This document shows, in pieces, positions 13,092 to 26,740 of a stretch of DNA of 64,000 nt. The notes under the pieces were generated by a model. It made no database searches and was not told where the DNA came from. It was given only the letters and a program-made list of their open reading frames with translations. The position numbers were made by a program, and so were the translations under genes. Numbering within the stretch: position 1 is the stretch's first letter; the number at the start of each line of letters is the position of its first letter. Source of the DNA: Neodothiora populina (lineage: Eukaryota); contig NW_027191413.1 of the NCBI RefSeq assembly GCF_041146345.1, positions 744,001-808,000 of the forward strand, read 5' to 3'.

Positions 13092-13828
13092 TGAATCACG
13101 GAATGAGACTTTGCAACAGAAACCTAGTAAACCAGCAGCGCGCAGCCGCAGCTCCCGTTGTAGTCTTCGCCTTTCCGCTTCTCTTCTATCAGGTCTCGAG
13201 AGCCTTCACCCTCCATATCGAGTGTCTTCGCACTGGTGTGAAGACACATTGACGATAATTTCTGGCCGCTTCGACCAAGTCCTCGAATTTCATATATAAA
13301 TGCTCAGCAATGCTTGGAAGCGATACTGGCTTTGGAAGTAAACCTCCGAAGCGGCATGTTCTACATAGCATCTTGAGATTGCATAAAAACCCCCGAATCA
13401 CCAATGACTTCTGGTTCTTCTTTTTTCCTTTGTAGGTCAGATTCTCATGTGCTGGGTTGCAAGGAGGTATATACCCGTCTATTCACGCCCATAGATCAAA
13501 TTCAATTTAAAAGTCTTTCTGGAGGCTCGTGACTCCGCGTTGTGGGGAGACGCGCCAAAAACATTCCGTACCGAGTGAACTACATCATCGACAGCGACTC
13601 GCCACCCGACTTGTGCTGTGATTCTGTATATTGCAGTAGCAGACATTTGGATTTCATGTACTTGCTGATCAGATCATTCATCGAGTGTGAAGATAATATT
13701 CATTCCTTGAGTTTCTGAATTCGATTCCACGATTTGGACTGCCTAGAATAATACTTATACACAATTCAGTACGTCATTTAAACATCAGGCACACTTTTTC
13801 AATATCGTGCCACATAAATGTCTTGATC

Positions 13829-16800
13829 ATGGTAAGATTGCAAGCAGCCACTGTGTCAAATCAAATCGTTCGCAAAAGGAAGAGAAAGTCTGCCGAAGGA
13901 CCCAACAAGGATACGGATGGTTCGGTGCAATCAGAAGAGCAGACTGCTGCTGCAGACCAGACGAATAATGCAGACATCATTACGTCCACCAGCAGCACGA
14001 CAGCCGTCCCGACCAAGACCCACGATGGAGGCAAGAAGCCGCGGAGGACGGCAAAGGCAGTCAAGCCGCCGTCGACTCTCCGGCAAGACTCGTCCAGCTT
14101 GATCGAGTCGTCAATACCATGGCCGGACCATTTCACAAAGCTCGGCCAGGTCCATCGAGCTCTGAACCTCGTGTACACTTTCTGCTGCACGCGCAAGCAA
14201 TTGGCGACGACCTTCGAGACGATCAAAAGCGCCGTGCAGGGCCACATCGGCCGCGAGCTGAGCATCGAAGACGTAGCTAAGATCAAGACACTGCTGCCCC
14301 GCGCCATCCAGTTCGCGTATGTGGATGAGGCGGCTCTGCAGGTGAACCTCATGGGCGAGCCTGAGGCGCGGCAGAATATCCGAAACAAAGCGTACTTGAT
14401 CCCTGCCGAGCCGAAAGAGAGCAGTGACCAGGACGGAGAGCAAAAGGAAGTGCTTCTGTTTGAATTCATCGACGGCGATCTGAAGAGACAGGTGCAGCAT
14501 TCCAAAACGGGCGAGCCGACGAGGGCGACGAAAAAGCTCCGCGAGGAAGATCTCAAAATGCCGGTTTTCAGTCAGAAGCAGATGGTGAAGTTGATTGAGA
14601 AACGCAATATCAAATTCACTTCTGCTGTGAATGTGTGGCTCAACGAGTGTATGGAGGAAGGCGTTGATCCGGTGCAGAAGTTAGAGGACGAGCACAAGGC
14701 GTTTGTGCCGGAGCCATCTGATAGTAGAGCAGGCACACCCGCATCTGACTCGAAGAGGACGGGCATTATGCCGCCAAAATCAATCCCACGCGAGAGAAAC
14801 AGTATCCCGGAGATCATCTCCGAGATCAAGACGCTGGAGTGGTATACAGGCCAGATCGTACCGGATGGCCATAGAGTTTTTGATCCCCAGCCACCGATTC
14901 ACGGTCCCCTGAACTTTGAACTCAGCCAAAACCTCGTGAACGCTCTATATAACACGAGAGGGATAGAACAACTATACGCACATCAGGCCGAGGCAATCAA
15001 CAACCTCTATGAAGGCCATAACGTCATCGTGTCCACATCTACCAGTTCCGGAAAATCGCTGATCTACCAGATTCCTGTCCTACACGAACTCGAAAAGGAT
15101 ATCAATACGCGAGCCATGTACATATTCCCTACAAAAGCACTCGCACAGGATCAGCGCCGGAGCTTGAAAGACATACTACATCTCATGCCTGGCCTGCAAG
15201 ACCTGGTTGTCGATACTTTCGATGGCGACACGCCCATGCCGGACAGAAACATGATCAGAGACGAGGCACGTATCATATTCACCAATCCCGATATGCTGCA
15301 CATAACCATTCTTCCGCAAGAAGAAAAGTGGCGGACGTTTCTTCAGAACCTCAAGTTTGTCGTCGTGGACGAATTGCACGTCTACAATGGACTTTTCGGC
15401 GCCCATGTTGCCCTCATCATGCGACGGCTAAGGCGCATATGCGCCGCAGTGGGAAACCGACATGTCAAGTTCATATCTTGCTCGGCAACTGTTGCGAATC
15501 CAGAGGAGCATATGACGACCATCTTCGGAGTTGATCAAGTGAAGCTCACAGATTTTGACGGAAGTCCTAGTGGACGTAAAGAGTTTCTGTGTTGGAACAC
15601 TCCGTTCAAAGATCCAGCTGACCCTACGAGCGGAAGAGGAGACGCACTGGCCGAGAGCGCAAAGGTATTCTGTCAGCTGATATTGCGAGGTGTGAGAGTA
15701 ATCGCGTTCTGCAGAGTCCGGAAACAATGCGAGATCCTGCTCGGCGCAGTCAAGACGGAGCTCACAAGTCTCGAGCGACCGGAAGTCATGGCCAGGGTCA
15801 TGGCCTACAGAGGAGGCTACACACCTCAAGACAGACGACAAATCGAGAGGGAGATGTTTGATGGAAAGCTTGTCGGCATCGTGGCAACCAATGCTCTCGA
15901 GCTTGGAGTAGACATTGGATCACTAGACGCAGTGGTCACCGTCGGATTCCCCTACACGATCGCCAACCTCAGGCAGCAAAGTGGCAGAGCGGGACGCAGA
16001 AACAAAGACTCGCTGTCAGTTCTGATCGGAGACTGTTTTCCCACAGACCAATACTACATGGAAAACCCAGATGAGATCTTCACGAAACCAAACTGTGAGC
16101 TCCAGGTCGACCTGACCAACATGCTCGTGCTGGAAGGGCACATCCAATGCGCCGCACACGAGATGCCAATCCGGCCCGACGAGGACAAACCGTACTTTGG
16201 CAAGCTCCTGCCCGAGATAGCAGAGACACGGATGCGCAAGGACGATCTAGGCTTCTACCACACCCACGAGCGATTCCTACCGTACCCTTCGCGCTACGTA
16301 GCCATTCGCGACACGGAAGACGACCACTTCGCCATCGTCGACGTCTCGAACGGGCGCAACGTCGTGCTCGAAGAACTCGAAGCCTCACGCGCCTTCTTCA
16401 CCATCTACGAAGGCGGCATCTTCCTGCACCAAGGGCACAAATACCTCGTCAAAGAAATGTCAGTCGACAGCAAACTCGCCAAAGTCGAGCGCGTCAACGT
16501 AGAGTGGACGACGCAGCAACGCGACTTCACAGACATCGACCCGGTAGAAACAGAAGCCATCCGGCGCATCCCCAAGTCTCTCTCGCGCGCCTTCTACGGC
16601 AGCATCCGCATCAAACAAGTCGTCTTCGGCTTTTTCAAAGTCGACAAGCGGCGGCGCATCCTCGACGCAGTGCAAGTCGACAACCCGCCCATAACAATCA
16701 TGTCCAAAGGCATGTGGCTCGACGTGCCCAAGCGCGCCCTTGAGATCCTGGCCTCGCGCCGCCTCAACGTCGCCGGCTCCATCCACGCCGCAGAACACGC

Positions 16801-17398
16801 CCTCATGTCCCTGATGCCCAACTTCGTCATCTCCACGCCCGGCGACGTGCGCACGGAATGCAAGAACGCGCTCAAGGAATTCGCGCAGAAGGAAACCCAT
16901 CGCAAGCGGCCCGCGCGCCTGACCTTCTACGACGCCAAAGGCGGCGCCTCCGGAAGCGGCATATCGACCAAGGCCTTCGAGTTCGTGGACCTCTTGCTGC
17001 ATCAGGCTGTGCGCAGAGTCGAGGCGTGTCATTGCGAGGAAGGGTGTTTGGAGTGCTGCTGTGACGAGCGCTGCAAGGAGGCGAATATGGTCATGTCCAA
17101 GGCGGGCGCCGAGGTTATTCTCAAGACGCTGTTGAATCAGGATATTGATGTTGAGAGTTTGCCGTGGGGCCCGGAGGACGAGAGGTGTCCTGCGGGTATT
17201 GAGACTGTTGTTGTCGCTGAGGAGGTCAGGCCTGCTAGGGGTAGGGTGATCGAGGAGGTCATGGTCAAGAGGGAGAGTGGAGGACGAGTGGTTGGTATGG
17301 TCACTGTGGGACGTGTGGGAGGAGAAGGAGCTGGAGCTGACGATGATGATAATGACGGTGTTGAGGAGGTCAGGATCAAAGAAGAGGTTGTTGACTAA
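13829..17398 (+). CDS. HRQ1: Hrq1 (RecQ4-like) DEAD/DEAH-box DNA helicase with C-terminal DUF1998/Zn-binding region
   Basis: LYAHQAEAI, TSTSSGKSL (motif I), FPTKALAQDQ, VVVDELH (II), SAT (III), TNALELGVDIG, QQSGRAGRR (VI), HAAEHAL, CHCEEGCLECC. Single long ORF, first ATG at 13829. Confidence 0.93.
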   Translation: MVRLQAATVSNQIVRKRKRKSAEGPNKDTDGSVQSEEQTAAADQTNNADIITSTSSTTAVPTKTHDGGKKPRRTAKAVKPPSTLRQDSSSLIESSIPWPDHFTKLGQVHRALNLVYTFCCTRKQLATTFETIKSAVQGHIGRELSIEDVAKIKTLLPRAIQFAYVDEAALQVNLMGEPEARQNIRNKAYLIPAEPKESSDQDGEQKEVLLFEFIDGDLKRQVQHSKTGEPTRATKKLREEDLKMPVFSQKQMVKLIEKRNIKFTSAVNVWLNECMEEGVDPVQKLEDEHKAFVPEPSDSRAGTPASDSKRTGIMPPKSIPRERNSIPEIISEIKTLEWYTGQIVPDGHRVFDPQPPIHGPLNFELSQNLVNALYNTRGIEQLYAHQAEAINNLYEGHNVIVSTSTSSGKSLIYQIPVLHELEKDINTRAMYIFPTKALAQDQRRSLKDILHLMPGLQDLVVDTFDGDTPMPDRNMIRDEARIIFTNPDMLHITILPQEEKWRTFLQNLKFVVVDELHVYNGLFGAHVALIMRRLRRICAAVGNRHVKFISCSATVANPEEHMTTIFGVDQVKLTDFDGSPSGRKEFLCWNTPFKDPADPTSGRGDALAESAKVFCQLILRGVRVIAFCRVRKQCEILLGAVKTELTSLERPEVMARVMAYRGGYTPQDRRQIEREMFDGKLVGIVATNALELGVDIGSLDAVVTVGFPYTIANLRQQSGRAGRRNKDSLSVLIGDCFPTDQYYMENPDEIFTKPNCELQVDLTNMLVLEGHIQCAAHEMPIRPDEDKPYFGKLLPEIAETRMRKDDLGFYHTHERFLPYPSRYVAIRDTEDDHFAIVDVSNGRNVVLEELEASRAFFTIYEGGIFLHQGHKYLVKEMSVDSKLAKVERVNVEWTTQQRDFTDIDPVETEAIRRIPKSLSRAFYGSIRIKQVVFGFFKVDKRRRILDAVQVDNPPITIMSKGMWLDVPKRALEILASRRLNVAGSIHAAEHALMSLMPNFVISTPGDVRTECKNALKEFAQKETHRKRPARLTFYDAKGGASGSGISTKAFEFVDLLLHQAVRRVEACHCEEGCLECCCDERCKEANMVMSKAGAEVILKTLLNQDIDVESLPWGPEDERCPAGIETVVVAEEVRPARGRVIEEVMVKRESGGRVVGMVTVGRVGGEGAGADDDDNDGVEEVRIKEEVVD

Positions 17399-17639
17399 GT
17401 GGTCGGACCCTTGTAGATATTGCGCACATTTATTCCTCCCTTGCTACTCCTCCATCTCTTCTTTAGACAGATGATTATACCAAGACAAATCTAGAACTTG
17501 TCACGTCTACCATCCATCCCTTTTTAGTTTCGTTCAGTCCTCTAACTCCACGAAAAGAAGAACTAGACCAAGAATCCGAAAAGACCAACCCAATTCCACA
17601 GCCCTTACCCCCAACCCCCTCTTTTTGTTTCTCTTCTAT

Positions 17640-19111
<1,472 letters not shown>

Positions 19112-22100
19112 GTTTTCCTGTCGCTGTCAAATCTGGACGATTGCTTGCTGTGGTTTAGCAAATAGTGATAGAAGCAATACTCAGTCTTACAAAAGTCGAG
19201 AACTCGTCGCTTCACTCGCACCAAATCCTACCACAAAGGAGCAGGACAATAATTTTCCCACCATGTCCCCCTCATTGCTGCTCACCTGTCCTTCCTCTTT
19301 CGTCACTCGCGTTGGCGGGGCATGCGGGCAGAGCTGGGGCAAGCGATCGTCCGTTATTCGCTCATCATTCGCGACCCTACCCTAATCACTAATCACCTGC
19401 ACTTTGGCCCTTACACTTGCTTGCCTACCGAAAGATTTCTCCGCCAGGCGACCGGCCATGTCCGCCATTGCAAATTCCTACTGTACGCCCTGTCCACTGC
19501 CTCCTTAGCACGCGTCTGCTGCTGTACCGGACTGTATGCCCTGGATAAAGCTGCGGCTAAGTGCGTTACAATTCTCTGGTTCGGTGAATTCGAATCATCA
19601 CATGGTCCATGTCACTATTGGACGCCCAGGTATTGAACACCGTACAAGCTGCAGCATGTCGTCGTGTGAAAGAGCCATCCCTACCACGACTATGATGCGT
19701 AGGTGTGCATCGTTTTCTCTCTCTTGTTGACCTCGAGTCGGAGTATACTCTATGTCTGGACTATGCTGGCTTCCGAGCTCGAGTTTCCGTTTGTGATAAT
19801 CTTCGCCACCAGGCTAAAATGGAGTCTTGCCCATGCGCACAATTGCACGACACACAATCTATGATCCGGTCGATCCCGTAGAAAGTCGGTTCGACAGCAA
19901 CATCAGTCCGCGCCTGAATCTTGACCATCAAAGAGGTCCTTGCGCCGCATATGAAGCACAGCCCGTGAGAGTATTATGGACCGTTATGTAGGTAGGTAGG
20001 GTTGTCGATGATCCATGGCAACCAAGTTCACAAATCCGGCTTGCATGGCTGCTGTCGCTCCTCGAGTTACGGCCGAAAATTTGCATAACTGGAGAAGTTC
20101 ATAGTGTTTGCTTCACTATTATCTACACGACGCTGTGTTGGCGTTCGGAAATAAACTTTACAGCCAAGCAGTGTCTATAAGTGTAATGGCTTGCAACTAC
20201 CTGTACGAGTAAGGTATGGTACATACTAACGACACGGAATTTTGAGTTGGTGGCCGACGGTCCGACACTTGGACACTGGCGCGGCTAATTGCGGCCTTAT
20301 GGCGTTCGGAGCACTAAATTACCTCATCAGGGCAACAGCTGCCCTAATTGTTGCTGGACGGATAAATCGAATTGCGCCATGTTGGTTTGTTGCCCGCAGC
20401 TGTCGTGAAGGTCGTACAAAGCGAGCCGGCGAAATGCGTCTCTGACGTCAATCGGCAGTGATAAGACGCACAAGTAAATAGGTACTGTCCTGTGTGAATC
20501 AGTAAATTCTTACCAAGTGAGGTTGCACCAGCGTAGCAGATGCCGACGACGAAGACAGGGAACCGCTGCCAGCAAATCGTCAAGAAAATATGTCTGACCA
20601 GTGTGATAATAGAGTAGCTAACAAACTCGCATGTGCAGCTGTTCTCACATGCTGCTGCTGCAATCAACTTATGTTCTATGCATATACCTTTGTGGTTTGC
20701 ACAAGTATCGGACAAGACTTTCATATCCAGGTCAGACTTTGTTAGACTCCCGCCAAGCTAAGCCACCGACGGAAGTCCAAGAGCCGATCCGGATAAAACT
20801 GCCCGCTTCCGCGTCGGCAGAACCAAGCGAGCTCAGAATGACACCCTGCATACCAGACTTTTTAGACTGTAACTCCGCGACGTGTCACGTTGTTGTATCA
20901 GGGCATAGCTTCCGTGAACGGTATCTCGAGTCGGCTTGTAGACCCTGTGGCCGCGGCCGACTCCGTGGCGGTTTTCTTTTGGGCATAAGCGTCGGTCATA
21001 CAACGGGCCTGTCAAGTCGGTTGGACTAGCTGTCGCTTAGGTTTGTTGAGAGACAGGGCAAAGGCCAGAAGATATCCAAAGAGAGGCATCCTTCTAGCTG
21101 GTCAGGTGCGAACGCGATGGACGTGCTTTTATGCCGCGCGACTTACGCCGCCGAAGAGCCAGGTTCGCAGACTCGTGCTCGAACGATGGATACCAACGCT
21201 TGCAAACTCCCTTCCAGTGGTGACGGCGCCTTGGGAGTCAGTCGGGTATAGAAGTCTTGTCAACAGACAATACAAACATGAAGTGCGGCAGATGGTAGTC
21301 GTGGAGGATACGATAACCATGACTCGAGCTCTGCATGAGATTACCTCATCTTTGGCAACACATATCAGCGATTAAACCGTGATTCCGAGATCTGGAAAGA
21401 ACACCGATCAATCGCAAGACCTTGGCTACACTATACATGCTTGTGCTTATTAGTCCGGAGGTACGGTATTGTATGTGCGACCCCCAGTCGCATGGACGCC
21501 AGGCAGACAATCAGGACTGTGCGGCACACGCTGACTCAGTCTCAAAGTACCAAGTCCGCACGAGTCACACGAGCTCGCAGACGCTTTTACGCTTTTGCTG
21601 TGATCGAATACAGTAGAGCACCGCTCGTGAGATTTCTCTGCAACGTCGTGAGTTTCGTGAACATTGCAGAGTACGACATGGCCTCCGGAAGTTTATGCGA
21701 GATTCTGATCGTTTCCTTTCTTGCTCCGATCGCCTGAGAATGAATGTGATCCAGCAGACTCGTTATCGGTGTGCCATAGCATAATGAAATATACCTCCAA
21801 TTAGAAACTTGATGATCAAAATGACAGTCCTCGTATCCGAGAATGGAAAGAGGCTGTGGTGCTGAATTTGTACCTGCTTGCCTGTATTGTAGTCCCTGCA
21901 TAGTTGGGCTTGATGCCCGCCGCAAACCATAGGTACAGTCGCGATCGTGGCGCCAGAGATCCGTGGCATTGTCGCCACGAAGATCATCTCGGGACATAGT
22001 GCGAAAGCATCATTACGGTATCGACGAATCGAGGCGACCTGTTAAGAATTACTCCGGACCTTCATCACGGTAGTGGTGTGTCAACAGAGGTTAGCCTGCA

Positions 22101-23342
22101 CAGCTGGTGCAGCATGTGCGTAAGGATTAGCTATGCACATCACTGCCGTATGCGTGAATTTCTCGGGAGAACCAGAGAAGGGGTTTGGGACTAGCGAAGG
22201 TCAGAACGTTGCAGCAACGCAGGATAACGCCGCCATCTTTTATCTGATTCGGCAGAGGAAGAAGGCTTCTGAGGTGACGTTGCTGCGCTCAACGTCGACC
22301 GTCTGCGACTCAGCGAGGCAAGCGTGATTTCTTCACGCCGATTTACGCCCTTGTCTCGTTCCGGCGGGCATTTCATCATTTGACAGACCACCGGTTGCAA
22401 GAATTGTGCCTTGTCACCTCGAAAAGAATTCGCTCGTCCGTTGTAATACTATTCTTCGCATTCCAAAGATACCGTCACTACTCGAAATCTGCGTTTCTCC
22501 ATTGTTTTCCCCTTCTCGCAGCCCGTCATCCAGTCATAGACCCTCGTCGCTCCATCTGACACCGATCCACCACTTGCGGGTTCTTGTGGGTCCCGCCTAT
22601 CAGCCGCCGCCGCCGCCTGTCACGACATCCCGGCATTATCTATCTATACGAACATAGTGCATAACAGCCGCGCTGTCTCGTCAAGACACACAGTAGTATT
22701 GTCAGAAAAGGGCATAGATATTGACCTTGACCAAACTGAGACCCTCCGTGTCACGGTAAGGCACTTGACAAGGACAATTGGCGGATCGGAAAACGTCTAT
22801 TGTCTCTCTCACTGTCGCTCAGATCTGCTGTTCTCACATCTGCAAGTCTGCACTTCACAGCATCGGCGACGTCGGACGGATCAGCCAAGGATCCGAACAA
22901 AATTTGTGAGAAGCTCAAGGGAGTCTAGTTGCACGCTGGTTGACTTCAAGGTTGGATCTTGCCAGTCTCAGTCTCGCTCTGCACGCACGCACTTGCCCTC
23001 GCTATTACTGCACTTACCCTCGAGTGCCCACTTCTTTCCAATACTGTCCCTACCGCGCGTTTGGAGTCTACCGTCGTCTTGTCTTCCTTGAGTGTGTGTG
23101 TCTCGCCCTCTCGCATCTCGTCAAGCTCCTGGTGAGCCAAAAATTCATATTTTATTATACCTCGGCGGCTTCCATCACTCTGAAAGAGAAATTAGCTTTT
23201 TTTCTTCGCTGTTCCACTTTACCCGCGCGTACCCGCTGATGATATCGGCACGATAGAGATTATTCTACCCTCTCTTTCCCCACTACGGCCACAGACGTCA
23301 ACACCTCCGGAGATCTCGACCTCTCCATCGCTATTGTCAGCC

Positions 23343-26300
23343 ATGGATAGTCAGTACCAGCCGGGTAGCTACATGCCCATGACCTCAACAAGTCAACAAG
23401 GCCAATACGCGCCTTTTCCCGCGTATTCATCCCACCACCATCATCACCACCACCATCAGCAGCAGCAGCAGCAGCAGCAGCACCCGCATCCGCAGCAACA
23501 ACAACCTTCGCAGCAGCAGCAGTCGTCGCAACCGCCGCCCTCGCAGCAACAGTCCCAGCAACAGCAACAACAACAGCAGGAAGCTGCGCGAGAGAACTCT
23601 ACCCTGCCGCCTCTTCACACCCAGGCTGGCGGTTTCAATCAACTCCCCTCCCTTTATAGTGGCAGTGGGAGCCACCCTCACACGCCAACTAATGCGTCGA
23701 CCCCAGCCACTTCATCTATGCCCTCAAGCACTCTCCACTCCTTCTCCCACCACTCGTCGCCTGCAACAAGCGGATCAATGCTACCACCCTCGTCCTCCTA
23801 TGCGCCTTATTCGACGACACAGCCTGGTATGTCTGCTGCTGCCACCACGACTGCCACGAGCGGATCGGCATTGGCGCCCACGCCTGCGCAAAACCGGCTC
23901 CCGGATCTGCGGCCAATCATGCCCCAAGCTAGCTACAACAGCTCTCTGTCCGGTCTGCCCAGCTTCGGAGCATCGTCAGGACTCGCGTCCGGTCAGTCAT
24001 ATATGGCTAGTCAGGACCCCGAGCCCACGCACGTCGTAGGCTCACAAGGCAGACGAGGAATACTGCCCAGCGCACCTGGTCGCGCAGCTGCGCCCACGGC
24101 TGGAACCACTGCTGCTTCTACCAAATCAATGATTCCAGCAAAGGACGCTGACGGCAAATTTCCTTGCCCTCACTGCAACAAGACGTACCTTCATGCTAAG
24201 CATCTGAAGAGACATCTTCTGAGACGTGAGTCCTTTCAACTTGTATTCCCAGACTTTGGACATTTTGACTAATCCGCGCAGATACTGGAGACCGACCTTA
24301 CATGTGTCACCTGTGCAAGGATACATTCTCCCGCAGTGATATCTTGAAGAGACATTTCCAGAAGTGCTCCATCAGGCGTGGCAATCCTACTGGCGCTAAT
24401 CACCTCGCGCACCAGCGCAGGAATACGAACTCGAACAGACTGTCTGTCAGCAGCACTGAACCAATCGGACTCGCGAACATCCCGGAAGTTGCTGGCCAAC
24501 CGTACACAAATGGCACCAGCATCAATGGTGTCCAGAGCAGTCCCACCGTCAATGGCGATCATTCCTCATACGCTTCCAGTGTCGCCTCCATGTCGGGCCG
24601 ATCGACACGCGCCAACAGCCTGATCCATCCTGGTGCCATGAACGGTGAGAACAGACACAGCTTATCAGGTATGAATAATTCAGCCTTAGTCTCAGGTGCG
24701 CCTAATGGTGAACGCATCCCGACTTCCGCGGCCGGTTTTGGCAGCAGCATTTCATCCTACGGAATGCGGCCCCATTCAATCTCCAATCCAATGCCTCCAT
24801 CCTACACTTTCAGCGGCCTAGGGTCCCACGTGTCTAGCGGAGGTTCTTACCCATCTTATGTCAAAGCCGAGGATCATGCCCCAAATGGATATACTCATCA
24901 AGCACCTCCAATCCAGGACAGCCGAAGCCAGGCGAACGGAGTAGGGCCTGACTGGTCTTCCATGTTTGCACCTAACGGTCAGGACGGGTTTATGACCCAG
25001 TCGCAGCAGGCGGCCTCGCACGCTCCGGTCAAGGCTGAAGCCGCGATGGATGGGCAGAATTTCAACGGACATGCTGAAGGCAACAATGAGAATTTCTTCA
25101 GTGGTCTATATTCAAATCCGTCGACTTTCGGCGAAGATTCAGGTGCGCATCACCTGTCTGGTTTTTCCAACTGGAACATGGACCTCCTGCAAAGCGATCC
25201 TTTGCAGAGCAAGGCAAATGCATTGCTGACATACGTCTTCTCAAACAGAACATCATCAAGCGATGACGCTAGCGACGAGATGAAGCGCTGCTTGACTGTT
25301 GACAACATCAAGCATTTCATCGAGCAGTTCACCAGCTTTCAGGGGCATTGGCCACTCATCCACATGCCGACCTTCGACATATTCAAAGCAAATGAGAGTC
25401 TCGTGTTGGCCATTATCTGCATCGGTGCTGTTTACTCGGAGAAGCGCGACGTATATCAAGTGCGAAAGATGATGGAGCTGGTCAACGAGGCGGTCAAAAC
25501 CTCGTCAAGGGTGTATATGGTCACATCAGGGCTGGTGAGCGAAGGGGAAAGCCCCCTAGGGACGTTGCAGTCGGATCTCGAAGAATTTCAAGCATGTTCC
25601 TTGCTTATCACTCTTTTTGTATGGCATGGCAATCCGGCGCAGCGTGCACTTGCACGGCAAGAGTTTGGGCAGATCGTGGCCATTAGTCGCCGCATGGGAC
25701 TTACCGAACCCGCACCCCCTGGACATCCATCGTATAGCTCGTTACACCACCCTGGGCAGATACTGCAAGGCGCCATTCCATCGTGGAACTGGTTGTCTTG
25801 GGTCGTCCAGGAGACCCGCAGCAGGATCATGTTCTCCATAGTCCTGCTTGACGCCGCCTTGGTAATGTTTTTCAACACCCAGCCACATGTCGATCACCTT
25901 GAGATCCGGTTGCCGTTGCCCGCAGACGACGCTGCTTGGGATGCAAAATCCAGTGAGGAATGTCGAGATGTTATTGGTCTGATGGGCTCAAGCGCACAAT
26001 TTGGGAACGTCAGTGGCAGTCAACGACTTCGACAACCTGACATGAGATCTGCAATGCGCTCGCTTATGGACCCGACATACACCTTCCAGCCTCGGTCCAC
26101 GAACGCATACTCCAAGTTCATTCTCATCCACGCGCTGAACGTGCAAGCCTGTAAAGTTCAGCGTGCCAATGTGTCGGTCAGCCATAACCCAGCTGGTGTT
26201 CTTGGGTCCTTGTCTGCAGCGTCAAGCGGACCCAACACGCCACTGGCTCAGCACGATTGGATCGCACAAGACGGGTCAGGCAGCAGTGGGACCGCTACAC

Positions 26301-26740
26301 CGCCAGAGATCACAGTGGCGCAGAACACTCACACTCATAATCTTCTCAAGACCATTCACCTAGCCATGAGCAAATGGAAGACGATGTGGGATGTGGACAT
26401 AAACATTCAATACCCGCCACATACCGTCGAGCAACGCTTCGGATTTTCCAGAGACGGCATCCATTTCTATTATCTTGGCCAATCATTCATGCGCTCTACC
26501 AAGGCTTCTGATTGGACCGCGCCCCCCGACGTCCGTTTCATGCAGGTCATGACTTTGCTGAAAAAGATCAAAGGTTTCGTGGTGAATGACAATTACCAAA
26601 ATGGACAAGACACTGGCTCGATCGGTAAGATTGACGATACATACGGTATCGGCGATCTCACCCTGGACATGAAACTTCTTTTTCGACCGCTCGGTAGCAA
26701 CGACTCTCCCGTGGTAGGCCTCCGCACCGATATCCTTTGA
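23343..26740 (+). CDS. C2H2 zinc-finger transcription factor with fungal-specific TF (Fungal_trans) domain, 2 exons
   Basis: Exons 23343-24225 and 24282-26740. FPCPHCNKTYLHAKHLKRHLLRH-TGDRP-YMCHLCKDTFSRSDILKRH; later HWPLIHMPTF and ETRSRIMFSIVLLD...LPLPADDAAW. Confidence 0.88.
23429..23579 (+). repeat. Coding poly-His/poly-Gln trinucleotide tracts
   Basis: CAC/CAT run followed by (CAG)n and CAA/CAG runs encoding HHHHHHHHQQQQQQQQ...QQQQQQQQ. Confidence 0.85.

Noticed and set aside
13861..17379. Long antisense ORFs in HRQ1 and a C-rich to G/T-rich codon shift near 16980
   Set aside because: Explained by codon bias. Similar 3'-end shifts occur in other genes here (HNT2, MFS), so this is not evidence of chimerism.
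19112..23342. 4.2-kb region with many short ORFs; possible GAL cluster
   Set aside because: No GAL1 or GAL10-like sequence and no protein-like ORFs. Best read as the divergent promoter and long 5' region of the transcription factor.
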